Origin: an uncultured Gemmatimonadales bacterium
GTDB lineage: Bacteria > Gemmatimonadota > Gemmatimonadetes > Gemmatimonadales > Gemmatimonadaceae
Length of the DNA stretch: 64,000 nucleotides
Assembly (NCBI GenBank): GCA_963851265.1
Contig: CAWKNZ010000010.1
Coordinates: 64,001 to 128,000, forward strand
Direction: 5' to 3'
Shown: piece by piece, positions 39,932 through 49,202 of the stretch
Numbering within the stretch: position 1 is the stretch's first letter
Layout of the letters: every line of letters starts with the position of its first letter
Program-made: the position numbers and the translations under genes
Notes under the pieces: generated by a model
Seen by the model: the letters and a program-made list of their open reading frames with translations, nothing else
The model's database searches: none
Told to the model about the DNA's origin: nothing

Positions 39932-40810
39932 TCAGGCCGCGATGAAGTTCCCGGCGATGGCCAACACCTGCGCCATCGTCAGCGGCTCGTCGAACGCTTC
40001 CGCGAACGCGGTGGGTGCGGGGGTGACCGGCGTGACCAACGTCGTCACATCGACGCCACCCTGGCTCACGTTGTCCTCGCCGGCGTACACGGCACCCGCA
40101 CCGGGCACGTCGGTCTGCGCGCCCGTGATCCAGCCCTTCCCGAACGGCCCCTGATTCTGGAAGCCGCCGCGGAGTCGACGGATCTCGCTGGCGTGCCGCG
40201 CCTCGACCGAGTGGATGCTCAGCGCGGTCGCGAGCACCGACTTGTACGGCATGACGGCCGGGGCCTGGCCCTTGTACGCGCGCACGCCCGTGTCCTCGAA
40301 GGCCTGCGCGACGGCCGTGAACGTCCCGTAGTTGCTGAAGACGTCGGCGTAGGGCCCGTTGCCGGATCCCTGGCCGCCGGTGAAGTCGAAGACCGGGCTC
40401 GGGCGCGCGGACGCGCCGAGCGCCTGCTTGAGCGCGGTGACGTGCTGCGACTCGTGCTGCGTGATCGTCGCGAAAATCTGCTGGTCGCCGGTCGGGATCA
40501 GCCCCGCCTTGTTGACGCCCATCGTGTAGAACGCCGACTCGAGGTACTCGAGCGTGAGCGCGAAGTTGAGCACCGAGATCACGACCGCGGGGAGGCGCGT
40601 CGACTGGCCGAACGCGTCGCGCGCGAGCGCGGCGAGCGCCACGGGCGCGGTCGCGAGCCCGATCCCCGCGGCGACGGCGGCCGAGGCACCGGCGCCGTGG
40701 AGGATCGCCGTCCGGCGATCGACGAGGCGCTCCGCGACCTCGGGGTCGGCCGACTCGAGGTGGTCGAGCAGCGAGAGCGGACGGCCCTGGTCCAGCATGT
40801 GTTCAGACAT
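39932..40810 (-). CDS. Ferritin-like domain protein (Ferritin_2)
   Basis: LNFALTLEYLE..FY, HESQHV, FEDTGVRAY, SVEARHA. Confidence 0.88.
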   Translation of the reverse strand: MSEHMLDQGRPLSLLDHLESADPEVAERLVDRRTAILHGAGASAAVAAGIGLATAPVALAALARDAFGQSTRLPAVVISVLNFALTLEYLESAFYTMGVNKAGLIPTGDQQIFATITQHESQHVTALKQALGASARPSPVFDFTGGQGSGNGPYADVFSNYGTFTAVAQAFEDTGVRAYKGQAPAVMPYKSVLATALSIHSVEARHASEIRRLRGGFQNQGPFGKGWITGAQTDVPGAGAVYAGEDNVSQGGVDVTTLVTPVTPAPTAFAEAFDEPLTMAQVLAIAGNFIAA

Positions 40811-40821
40811 GGAATCTCCGC

Positions 40822-41523
40822 TCAGGCGTTGATGACGGTGATCGTCTCGAGGACGTACTGCCCGGCCGCGTTGATCACGGTCTGGGGCGTGTTACCGGTG
40901 TCGAAGACGTTCGGGGCGAAGGACCCGCTCCTCGGCGAGATGAGGTCGTGGATCGCCGACGCGTGACGCGCCTCGACCGAGACGATCTTTCCGGCAAGCG
41001 TGAGGTACGTCGCGTCCTTGATGTAGCCGCCGGCGCCGTTGTACGCGCTCACGCCGAGGTCTTCGAAGGCCGCGGCCGTCTGCAGGACGCTCGTGCGGCT
41101 CGTGAAGTCGATGCTGCCGAACCTCGGCGTGAGGTTCGGGATCGCCCTGCCTCCGAGGGCCGCCGCGAAGAACGCGCGGTGGATCGCCTCGTGGTCGCGG
41201 AGATCGGTGAGTACCCGCTGCTCCGACGCGCTGAACGCCGTCGTGAACGCGCTGTTCGAGACGACCTGCGCGTAGAACGCCGCCTCGAGCTGTTCGAGGG
41301 CGAAGGCGTAATTCAGGACGCCGTAGTCGTTGCTGAAGTCGAGCGTGATGGCGGCGGTCACCGCGGCGCCGACGCTCGGGGTCGGGGCAGCGGCTTCCGT
41401 GGCGCGGGTCGGGTCCACGCCGCACGCGGCGAGCGCGATGGCCGCGCCGCCGAGTCCGGCGATCCGCATGAAGTCGCGGCGCTGGACGCGCGCCGCCTCG
41501 TTCGGTCGTTCGATGTCGTGCAT
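40822..41523 (-). CDS. Ferritin-like domain protein with Tat/lipoprotein signal
   Basis: RRDFM twin-arginine, LAAC lipobox; LNYAFALEQLE, HEAIH, FEDLGVSAY, SVEARHA; RBS GAGGGAG. Confidence 0.88.
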   Translation of the reverse strand: MHDIERPNEAARVQRRDFMRIAGLGGAAIALAACGVDPTRATEAAAPTPSVGAAVTAAITLDFSNDYGVLNYAFALEQLEAAFYAQVVSNSAFTTAFSASEQRVLTDLRDHEAIHRAFFAAALGGRAIPNLTPRFGSIDFTSRTSVLQTAAAFEDLGVSAYNGAGGYIKDATYLTLAGKIVSVEARHASAIHDLISPRSGSFAPNVFDTGNTPQTVINAAGQYVLETITVINA

Positions 41524-41667
41524 CGTCACTCCCTCAAGGAATCCGTTAGGCCACGTCTCATGTCGTGGCGGCGGCCCCGCCGGGCGGCGGGGCGCTGGGC
41601 GCGCGGCGCGAGCCCGGTGCGCGGGTGGTGCGGTACGGGTCCGGTCGCGGCGGCGGCGCGCGACGCG

Positions 41668-42351
41668 TCAGGCGCGCGGCGCGCGACGGCGACGCGCCGC
41701 CGCGCCGAGGCCGAGCAGGCCGCCGGCGACGAGGGCGATGGTCGCCGGCTCGGGTGTGGCGGTGACGGCGGTGACGGCGATGTTGTCGAACTGCACGATC
41801 GGCTCGCCGTACGAGTCGAGGGCCGTCAGGCGCACCGACGTCAGACCGGTGAAGCCGTTCAACATGAGCGTCTGCAGGCCCGACGAGGTTCCGAGGAAGT
41901 TGAACGTCTGCATCACCGTCCCGCCGGCGGCGAGCGAGCCGACGAGCGTGATCGCTTCGTTGGCTCCCAGGAACGAGGCGAAGTCGATCGACTGCATCGA
42001 GAACGCTCCGCCGCCGACGCGTCCGAAATCGACCTGCGTCGCGGTCGCGTCATTCAGGAAGAGCGCCGGGGACCCGGTCCAGAGCGTGGGATCCGCCGCG
42101 CCGCCGGTCGCGAAGCTGTACGGGGTGTTGCACGCGACGCCGACCGCCGTGACCTGGAAGCCGGACTCCTGGTAGCAGTTGTCGACGTACCGGACGCCCG
42201 AACCGTCCGTCACGGTCAACGAGTTGAAGTTCAGCGTCGTCGACTGGGCGCGGGCCGGGGCGGCGACCGCGCCCAGCGCGAGCGTGCCGAGCACGGTGCC
42301 GAACAGGGCCGACGCGACCGCGCGGCGGTGGGGGGCAAGCGTCCTGAACAT
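41668..42351 (-). CDS. PEP-CTERM sorting domain protein
   Basis: RBS GGAGG; signal peptide ending ARA-Q; C-terminal TPEP, TM helix, RRRR. Confidence 0.9.
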   Translation of the reverse strand: MFRTLAPHRRAVASALFGTVLGTLALGAVAAPARAQSTTLNFNSLTVTDGSGVRYVDNCYQESGFQVTAVGVACNTPYSFATGGAADPTLWTGSPALFLNDATATQVDFGRVGGGAFSMQSIDFASFLGANEAITLVGSLAAGGTVMQTFNFLGTSSGLQTLMLNGFTGLTSVRLTALDSYGEPIVQFDNIAVTAVTATPEPATIALVAGGLLGLGAAARRRRAPRA

Positions 42352-42911
42352 CCGCGACTTCCTCCGTAGGGAGTAATGGGACGGAACACCCGACGACACG
42401 GACGTGTCGGCCGCGGGAACACGCGACCCGGGTACACCGCCGAGAGAGCCCGCCGCGCGTGCCGCGGCGGAACACACGGGAATGCCTGGCGACCACCGTC
42501 CGCGCTTCGAAGCGGGCGCGGACGTCTGCAGCGCCGCGCGCAGGCGCGGCGTTATTGGCGTTCTGCATCTTTAACCGCGAAGTGCCCCCGCGCGCGGGCG
42601 CTCGGGCGATCGTGGCCCGTCCGTGACGACGCGGTCACCGTCGCCGCGCCTCTGCATCACACGTGCCCGCGCAGTATGCAGAGCTGAAATGATGCAGTTT
42701 TCTGACTGCGGCGGTCGAAGTTGCCGCCCACCCCCGGGCGAACCGCGTCCGCAGACGGTTCGCCGGCCCGGGCGGGGGAACGCGCGCCGCCAGCCCCCCG
42801 GTTCCGAACGACGCGGCCGGACCGCTCAGCCGCTTCTTTGTACGACCCTCGGGCGCGCGCCCGCCCCGCCCACGCCGCTTCCGGCACGGCAGTACTCGGC
42901 GGGGGCGCGCG

Positions 42912-43910
42912 TCACCCGTTCACGGTGCGCATCGTCGCCTCCGGGTACCGCGCGCCCGACGCGACGCCCTGCGGCGCGATCTCGTCGATCCGCGCGAGGT
43001 CGGCGGGCGTGAGCACGACGTCGAGCGCGCCGACGTTCTCCTCCAGGTACGGCACGCGCTTGGTGCCCGGGATCGGCACGACGTCATCACCTTGCGCCAG
43101 CAGCCAGGCGAGGGCGAGCTGCGACGCGGTGCACGCCTTCTCGCGGGCGAGCGTCTCGACGAGCGCGACGACGTCGAGGTTCCGCCGGAAGTTGTCGCCC
43201 TGGAAGCGGGGCGAGTTCCGCCGGTAGTCGTCCGCCGGAAGGTCGTCGGCCGAGCGGAACCGCCCGGTGAGGAAGCCGCGCCCTAGTGGACTGTAGGGCA
43301 CGAAGCCGACGCCGAGCGCGCGGCACGTCGGCAGGACCTCGTCCTCCACGTCGCGGCTCCAGAGCGAGTACTCCGTCTGGAGCGCCGCGATCGGGTGCAC
43401 GGCGTGCGCGCGCCGTATCGTCGCCGGCGCGGCCTCGCTCAGCCCCAGGTGGCGCACCTTGCCCGCCCCGACCAGTGCCGCCATCGCGCCCACGGTGTCC
43501 TCGATCGGGACCTTGGGGTCGACGCGGTGCTGGTAGTACAGGTCGATGTGATCGACGCCCAGCCGCTGCAGCGACGCGTCGCACGCGCGGCGCACGTACT
43601 CGGGCGAGCCCTCGATGCCGAGGAACGCGCCGTCTTCCGACCGCACGTTGCCGAACTTCGTCGCGAGCACCACGCGGTCGCGCGCGGAGGCGCCGGCCTC
43701 CCGGAGCGCGCGCCCCACGAGCCGCTCGTTGGTGAACGGGCCGTACATGTCGGCCGTATCGAGGAAGGTCACCCCGAGGTCGAGGGCGCGGTGGATCGTC
43801 GCGATCGACTCCGCGTCGTCGCGCCCCGCGTAGAAATCGGACATCCCCATACACCCGAGACCGAGGGCGGACACGTCGAGCGCGTCGGGGCCGAGTTGGC
43901 GGTGTTGCAT
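42912..43910 (-). CDS. Aldo/keto reductase
   Basis: [54 protein letters not shown]. Confidence 0.95.
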   Translation of the reverse strand: MQHRQLGPDALDVSALGLGCMGMSDFYAGRDDAESIATIHRALDLGVTFLDTADMYGPFTNERLVGRALREAGASARDRVVLATKFGNVRSEDGAFLGIEGSPEYVRRACDASLQRLGVDHIDLYYQHRVDPKVPIEDTVGAMAALVGAGKVRHLGLSEAAPATIRRAHAVHPIAALQTEYSLWSRDVEDEVLPTCRALGVGFVPYSPLGRGFLTGRFRSADDLPADDYRRNSPRFQGDNFRRNLDVVALVETLAREKACTASQLALAWLLAQGDDVVPIPGTKRVPYLEENVGALDVVLTPADLARIDEIAPQGVASGARYPEATMRTVNG

Positions 43911-44126
43911 GTGCTCCTCCTGGTACGTGCTGGTGCGTGGCGGCAGGAAGCGGTCGCCCGGACCGGCGCGCCGCGGGCGCGTGGCGCACGCAAGGCGCAA
44001 GCCCGCGTCGTGTGCGCGGGTCGCGCGGCCGTCGCCGGCCGCGCGCGTGGCGCGCCCGCTACACCGTCGACATCTTCGTGCGCGGCCGTCGGCCGCCCAC
44101 CACCTGGTCAGCAACGCACTCCACGC

Positions 44127-45413
44127 ATGTCCCTGCCCCATCGCGCGCGGGCCCGGCCCGTACTCGGGCTGATGCTCGCGCCCTTCGCGGCCACCCTCGC
44201 CCCGCGCGCGACGGTCGGCGCGCAGACGCAGGCAACGCCCGCCGCGCCGTCGCGGCCCGCGCAGACGGAGGCCGACGCGTACACGCGCTACGAGCTCCTC
44301 ACGCCCGGCTCCGCCAAGTTCCGGATCGTCTACGAGGTCACGGCGACCACGCCCGGCGCCACCGAGTACTACAACCCGATCCGCCCAGGCAGCGTGGCGA
44401 GCGACGAGCGCGTCACCGACCGCGCGACCGGACGGCCGCTCGCCTTCGCGCAGGTCGACGGCCGCGCGGCGCGCGCCGGCGGCGTGACCGGCGCGGATTC
44501 GGCCGGCGCGTACATCCGCGTCACCCTCGCGCGGCCGGTCCCGCCTAACGGAGGCGGGCGCGTGCTGATCGAGAAGACCTACGAGGACCCGAAGAGCTAC
44601 CGCGTCGACGGGCGGGACCTCGTCTTCGAGCGCGCGTTCGGCATCAAGCGCAACGCGGTCGTGCTCCCGCCGGGCTACGAGCTGGTCGCGTGCAACTACC
44701 CGTCGCAGGTCCGGCACGAGCCCGACGGGCGGGTGGCGGTGAGCTTCTGGAACGCCACGCCGGCCCCGGCGCCGCTCGTCCTCCGCGCCCGCCCCGGCGC
44801 GCCGCGCCCGGCGGCCCCGTCGAGCGCCGCCGCGCGGATCGACGAGCGCGCGCACGGCACGCGCGCCATCGTCTACTTCCTCCGGCAGCCCGAGACGCAC
44901 ACCTTCGACCTCTACCACGATTACACCGAGTCGCGCCCCGGCACGAGCACCTACGTCAACGTCGTGCGCGCGGGCAGCAGGGTGTCAGCCCCCTCCGCGC
45001 GCGACCTCGACACGGGCGAGTCGCTGCGCTGGGAGGTGCTGCGCGGCGCCGCGATCGCCGCCGCGCCGGGCGTCTCGATGGCCGGCGAACCGCCGGTCAC
45101 GCCGCAGACCGAGGCCGTGGTGTTCCGCTTCGCACCCGTTAGGCCCGGCGCGTCGGTGCGCCTCCGCATGTCCGAGACGTACACCGACAGCTCGCGCTAC
45201 ACGCTGAACGGCGACGAGCTGGTGTGGAACCGGTCGTTCGGCCGTCCCGCCAACGCGGTCGTGCTGCCGCCCGGCTGGGTGCTCACGGGGAGCGCGGCCC
45301 CGGCGACGGTGGGCGAGATGCCCGACGGTCGCATCCGGCTCGACTTCATCAACCCGCGCCCGGACGACCTCGCGGTACTCATCACCGCGCGCCGGCGAGT
45401 CGCCGGGTCGTGA
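44127..45413 (+). CDS. Secreted hypothetical protein made of two tandem homologous domains
   Basis: Signal peptide; internal duplication ([18 protein letters not shown]...Y...G..LV..R.FG). Confidence 0.72.
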   Translation: MSLPHRARARPVLGLMLAPFAATLAPRATVGAQTQATPAAPSRPAQTEADAYTRYELLTPGSAKFRIVYEVTATTPGATEYYNPIRPGSVASDERVTDRATGRPLAFAQVDGRAARAGGVTGADSAGAYIRVTLARPVPPNGGGRVLIEKTYEDPKSYRVDGRDLVFERAFGIKRNAVVLPPGYELVACNYPSQVRHEPDGRVAVSFWNATPAPAPLVLRARPGAPRPAAPSSAAARIDERAHGTRAIVYFLRQPETHTFDLYHDYTESRPGTSTYVNVVRAGSRVSAPSARDLDTGESLRWEVLRGAAIAAAPGVSMAGEPPVTPQTEAVVFRFAPVRPGASVRLRMSETYTDSSRYTLNGDELVWNRSFGRPANAVVLPPGWVLTGSAAPATVGEMPDGRIRLDFINPRPDDLAVLITARRRVAGS

Positions 45414-46171
45414 CGGCGGGCCAGTCGCCCGCGACCGCCGTGTACGTCGGGTGCGCGGGGTGGAGCATTCCTCGCGTGTCGCAGGGCGACTTCCCCGGCG
45501 ACGGCTCGCATCTCGAACGGTACGCCGCGCGCTTCCCCGGGGTCGAGATCAACTCGTCGTTCTACCGCCCACACCGACCGGCGACGTACGCGCGGTGGGG
45601 CGCGTCCGTGCCCGCTGCGTTCCGCTTCTCCGTCAAGTTGCCGCGCGCGATCACGCACGAGCGGCGACTCGTCGGGACCGAGCCGCTCCTGGACGGGTTC
45701 CTCGCCGACGCGTCGGCGCTCGGCACGCATCTCGGGTGCCTGTTGGTCCAGCTGCCGCCGAGCCTCGCGTTCGACGCGTCGGTGGCGGACGCGTTCATGG
45801 GCACACTCCGGGCGCGCCACGCGGGCCCGGTGGTCGTCGAGCCGCGGCATGCGAGCTGGTTCGTGCCGGCCGCCGACCGGGTGCTCGACGCGTGGTGCAT
45901 GGGTCGCGTGGCGGCCGACCCTGCCAGGGTGCCGCTGGCGGCCGAGCCGGGCGGCTGGCCGGACACCATCTACTACCGGCTGCACGGCTCGCCGCGCACG
46001 TACTACTCCTCGTACGACGAGGCCTACCTCGACCGGCTCGCCGAGCGGCTGATCGGCGAGCGCGCGGGGGCCGCGTGGTGCGTGTTCGACAACACCGCGC
46101 TCGGCGCGGCGACGCCTAACGCGCTCGCCCTGGTCGACCGGCTCGCCGCCGCGGCCACGCGCGGCGGGTGA
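45410..46171 (+). CDS. DUF72 family protein
   Basis: VGCAGW, VEINSSFY, FSVK, LVQLPPS, VEPRH.SW, YRLHG, FDNT. Confidence 0.92.
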   Translation: MTAGQSPATAVYVGCAGWSIPRVSQGDFPGDGSHLERYAARFPGVEINSSFYRPHRPATYARWGASVPAAFRFSVKLPRAITHERRLVGTEPLLDGFLADASALGTHLGCLLVQLPPSLAFDASVADAFMGTLRARHAGPVVVEPRHASWFVPAADRVLDAWCMGRVAADPARVPLAAEPGGWPDTIYYRLHGSPRTYYSSYDEAYLDRLAERLIGERAGAAWCVFDNTALGAATPNALALVDRLAAAATRGG

Positions 46172-46195
46172 TGCGGCGCCGGGTGCGACGTCGGG

Positions 46196-47167
46196 TCAGG
46201 GCGCCCGGTTGATGCGCGCGCTGGCGCCCGCCGTCGCGAGCGACGAGGCCGCGTCGACGGCGCGCGCCAGCCACGGCTCCGCGGCGTCGCCCGGCTCGCG
46301 TTCCGCGACCCCGACGGTGCACGTGAGGTCGAACGTGCGACCGGCGGCACGGGCTCGTGCGTCGTGCCGCTCGAACGCGGCGCGCACGCGCGCTGCCGCC
46401 GCCGCGCCGTGGTGCGGCGTACCCGTCCCGACGGCGTAGACTGCGAACGCATCGTCGCCGATGCGGGCGACGACGTCGGAATCGCGAACGACGCCGCGCA
46501 GCGCCTCCGCCACGGAGCACACCGCGTCGTCGCCCGCGGCGTCGCCGTGCGTCGCGTACGCCGTGGCGAGCCCGTCGACGCGCACGCAGAGGACGGCGTC
46601 GGTCCGGCGCATACGCGCGGCGACGCGGACCGCGTGCGCCGTCTCCCGCACGAACCCCCGTCGGTTGAGGAGGCCGGTCAGCGGGTCGCGGTCGACGCGC
46701 GCGGCGAGTTCCCGCGCGAGACGGGCGCGTTCACGTGCGGCGCGGCGCTCGTCGGTGACGTCTCGGCCGACGCAGACGACGCCGCACGCGCGCCCCACAT
46801 CGTCGCGGAGGGCGATGAATTCCCACGCCACGCGGCGGAGGTCGCCGTGCAGGGTGAACAGCTCTCCCTGGCCGCGTGCCGAGACGCCCGCCGTCGCCGC
46901 GGCGACGAGCGCGCGCGTCTCACAGCCCGCCGGGACGAACCCGTCGCCCCACTCGGCGCCGACGACGTCGGCCCGCGCCCACCCGGTCGCGTCGAGGAAC
47001 GCCTCGTTGACGAACGTCACGCGTCCCTCGGCGTCGAGCTGAACGGAAAACGCGCTGAGGCCGCCCAGGACGGCGTGCAGCCGCGCGTCGGGATTCGACG
47101 TCGCGCCGTCCGGCCCGGAACACGTGTCGCCGCAGGACGCGTCCTGCGCAGTGGGGAGGAGGACCAT
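46196..47167 (-). CDS. PAS plus degenerate GGDEF domain protein
   Basis: PAS (FVNEAF..TGW, GRDVT), DPLTGLLNRRGF, RDSD I-site, GDDAF in place of GGDEF; start uncertain. Confidence 0.78.
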   Translation of the reverse strand: MVLLPTAQDASCGDTCSGPDGATSNPDARLHAVLGGLSAFSVQLDAEGRVTFVNEAFLDATGWARADVVGAEWGDGFVPAGCETRALVAAATAGVSARGQGELFTLHGDLRRVAWEFIALRDDVGRACGVVCVGRDVTDERRAARERARLARELAARVDRDPLTGLLNRRGFVRETAHAVRVAARMRRTDAVLCVRVDGLATAYATHGDAAGDDAVCSVAEALRGVVRDSDVVARIGDDAFAVYAVGTGTPHHGAAAAARVRAAFERHDARARAAGRTFDLTCTVGVAEREPGDAAEPWLARAVDAASSLATAGASARINRAP

Positions 47168-47523
47168 GGAACTCGGGAATGGAGGGCAGCGAGAAGCTAT
47201 GGCGAAGCGCCGCGTGGCGGCTGCCCTGTGTCGGCATAGATGCGGCCGGAGCGAGCTGGTCGCCGGACAGCATATGTGACGCACGGCACAGGCGCGAGTA
47301 GGACGATCGATGCGGTGCGGCGTTTCTGAGTTCTCTTCGCTCCGGGCGGCCGGATGACGAGGTGTGGTGATATCGGCGGACGCGCCGACACTCGACGTCG
47401 CGCAACTTGCTTGTAAGACGATCCGCGCGGCCGCCGACACGTCGTCGGCCGTGACGAAGTTCCGCCACCGTTCGTATGTGTGGCGGAGCAAACTGCAAGC
47501 GTTGCGTGTTCACGCGTAGCTCC

Positions 47524-49095
47524 ATGCCGTTTCGCCGCGCCGTTCCCGCATCCCGAACCGAGTCCGCCGTGCCGCCGACCGCCGCCCCCGACGCTCCTGT
47601 ATTGCTCACACCGCCTGCCGGCGCGACTCCGCCCGCAGTCCCGGCACCGGCCGAGCCGATGCCCGCGGTCACCGTGGAACCGTCGCATGACATGCCGACC
47701 GTCGACGCGGCCGCCGCGGGCGCGTCGGCGGCCGGGGTCGCGGCGGGGGCGCTCGACGCGGGGGCGTGGGCGGGGGTGGACCCGCTGCGGGGGAGCTTCG
47801 CGGAGTTCGCGCGGCCGAGCGGGCCGGACCTGGTGGCGCGCACGGCGGGGATCGCGCCGTGGATCGCGGCGCGGCGCGCGGCCGAGGTGTGGCCGTACGC
47901 GCGGGCGGTGGAGGGGGGCGTGGGCCCGGTGGCGCGGGCCGAGGGGGCGCGGTTCGCGCCCGGGGCGGCCGGGGACGCGGCGGCGGGGGCGGGCTACGTG
48001 GAGGGGCTCAACTTCGCCACGCAGGACTACCTCTCGCTCGCGGCGCACCCGGCGGTGCGGGCGGCCGCGGCCGACGCGCTCGAGCGCTTCGGCGTGCACT
48101 CCGGGGGCTCGGGCGCGCTGCAGGGGCGCTCGGCGGCCTCGCGCGCGCTGGAGCGCGAGCTGGGCGAGGCGCTGGGCGTGGAGCACGTGGTGCTCTTCTC
48201 CAGCGGCTGGGGCGCGGCGTTCGCGGCGGTGACCGCGCTGGTGCGCCCCGACGACCACGTGGTCATGGACCGCCTGGCGCACGCCTCGCTGCAGACCGGG
48301 GCGCAGGCGGCCACCGCGAACGTGACGCGCGTGGAGCACCTGAGCGTGCCGGCCCTGGCGCGCGCGCTCGCCCAGATCCGCGCGGCCGACGCGCGCCACG
48401 GGATCCTGGTGCTCACCGAGGGCCTGTTCTCGATGGACGCCGACTCGCCCGACCTCGGCGCCATGCGCGCGGTGTGCCGCGAGTACCAGGCGACGCTCCT
48501 GGTCGACGTGGCGCACGACTTCGGCGCGCTCGGCCCCGGGGGCACGGGGCACGTGGGGCGCTCGGGGCTCCTGGGCGAGGTGGACCTGGTGATGGGCGCG
48601 TTCTCGAAGACCTTCGCCTCGAACGGCGGCTTCGTGGCCACGCGCTCCGCCGGGGTGCGCGCCTACCTGGAGGCCTACGGCGGCCCCTACACGTTCTCCA
48701 ACGCGCTCTCGCCGCTGCAGGTGGCCGTGGTGCGCGCGGCGCTCGCCATCGTGCGCGGGCCCGAGGGCGCCGCGCGCCGCGAGCGCCTGCTGGCCAACGT
48801 CGCGGCGCTGCGCGCGGCGCTCGGCGCGCGCGGGCTCGCGTGCCTCGGCGAGCCCGCCGCCGTGGTGCCCGTGCTCATCGGCCACACCCCGCTGGCGCGC
48901 CTGGCCAGCGGCGGCGTGCTGCGCCGCGGGCTCTTCGCCAACCTGGTCGAGTTCCCCGCCGTCGGCGTGCGCGCCGCGCGCTTCCGCCTCCAGGCCCAGG
49001 CCGACCACACCCCCGCCCAGTGCGCCGACGCCGCCGCCCGCCTCGCCGACGCCGTCGCCGAGGCCCGCGCCGCCCTCGCCCACCGCCGCGGGTAG
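47524..49095 (+). CDS. Alpha-oxoamine synthase family PLP enzyme (BioF/Kbl/SPT-like)
   Basis: NFATQDYLSL, FSSGW, AHASL, EGLFSMD, DVAH, FSKTFASNGG, FSNA, EFPAV; start uncertain (47524/47659/47692). Confidence 0.85.
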   Translation: MPFRRAVPASRTESAVPPTAAPDAPVLLTPPAGATPPAVPAPAEPMPAVTVEPSHDMPTVDAAAAGASAAGVAAGALDAGAWAGVDPLRGSFAEFARPSGPDLVARTAGIAPWIAARRAAEVWPYARAVEGGVGPVARAEGARFAPGAAGDAAAGAGYVEGLNFATQDYLSLAAHPAVRAAAADALERFGVHSGGSGALQGRSAASRALERELGEALGVEHVVLFSSGWGAAFAAVTALVRPDDHVVMDRLAHASLQTGAQAATANVTRVEHLSVPALARALAQIRAADARHGILVLTEGLFSMDADSPDLGAMRAVCREYQATLLVDVAHDFGALGPGGTGHVGRSGLLGEVDLVMGAFSKTFASNGGFVATRSAGVRAYLEAYGGPYTFSNALSPLQVAVVRAALAIVRGPEGAARRERLLANVAALRAALGARGLACLGEPAAVVPVLIGHTPLARLASGGVLRRGLFANLVEFPAVGVRAARFRLQAQADHTPAQCADAAARLADAVAEARAALAHRRG

Positions 49096-49110
49096 CCCGG
49101 CCACGGCCTA

Positions 49111-49158
49111 ACGCGACGCGCCCCCCGCCGGACCGGTCCGGCGGGGGGCGCGTCGCGT
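49111..49158. terminator. Perfect 48-bp palindrome between convergent genes
   Basis: acgcgacgcgccccccgccggacc|ggtccggcggggggcgcgtcgcgt, two 24-bp arms with no spacer. Confidence 0.7.
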
Positions 49159-49202
49159 GGAAAATGGGGAGGCCACGATCGCGCGTCGAGCGCGTTCGCG
49201 CA

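Noticed and set aside
47524..49095. Naming the gene bioF, spt or cqsA
   Set aside because: The family is clear, but motifs and context do not distinguish the subfamily.
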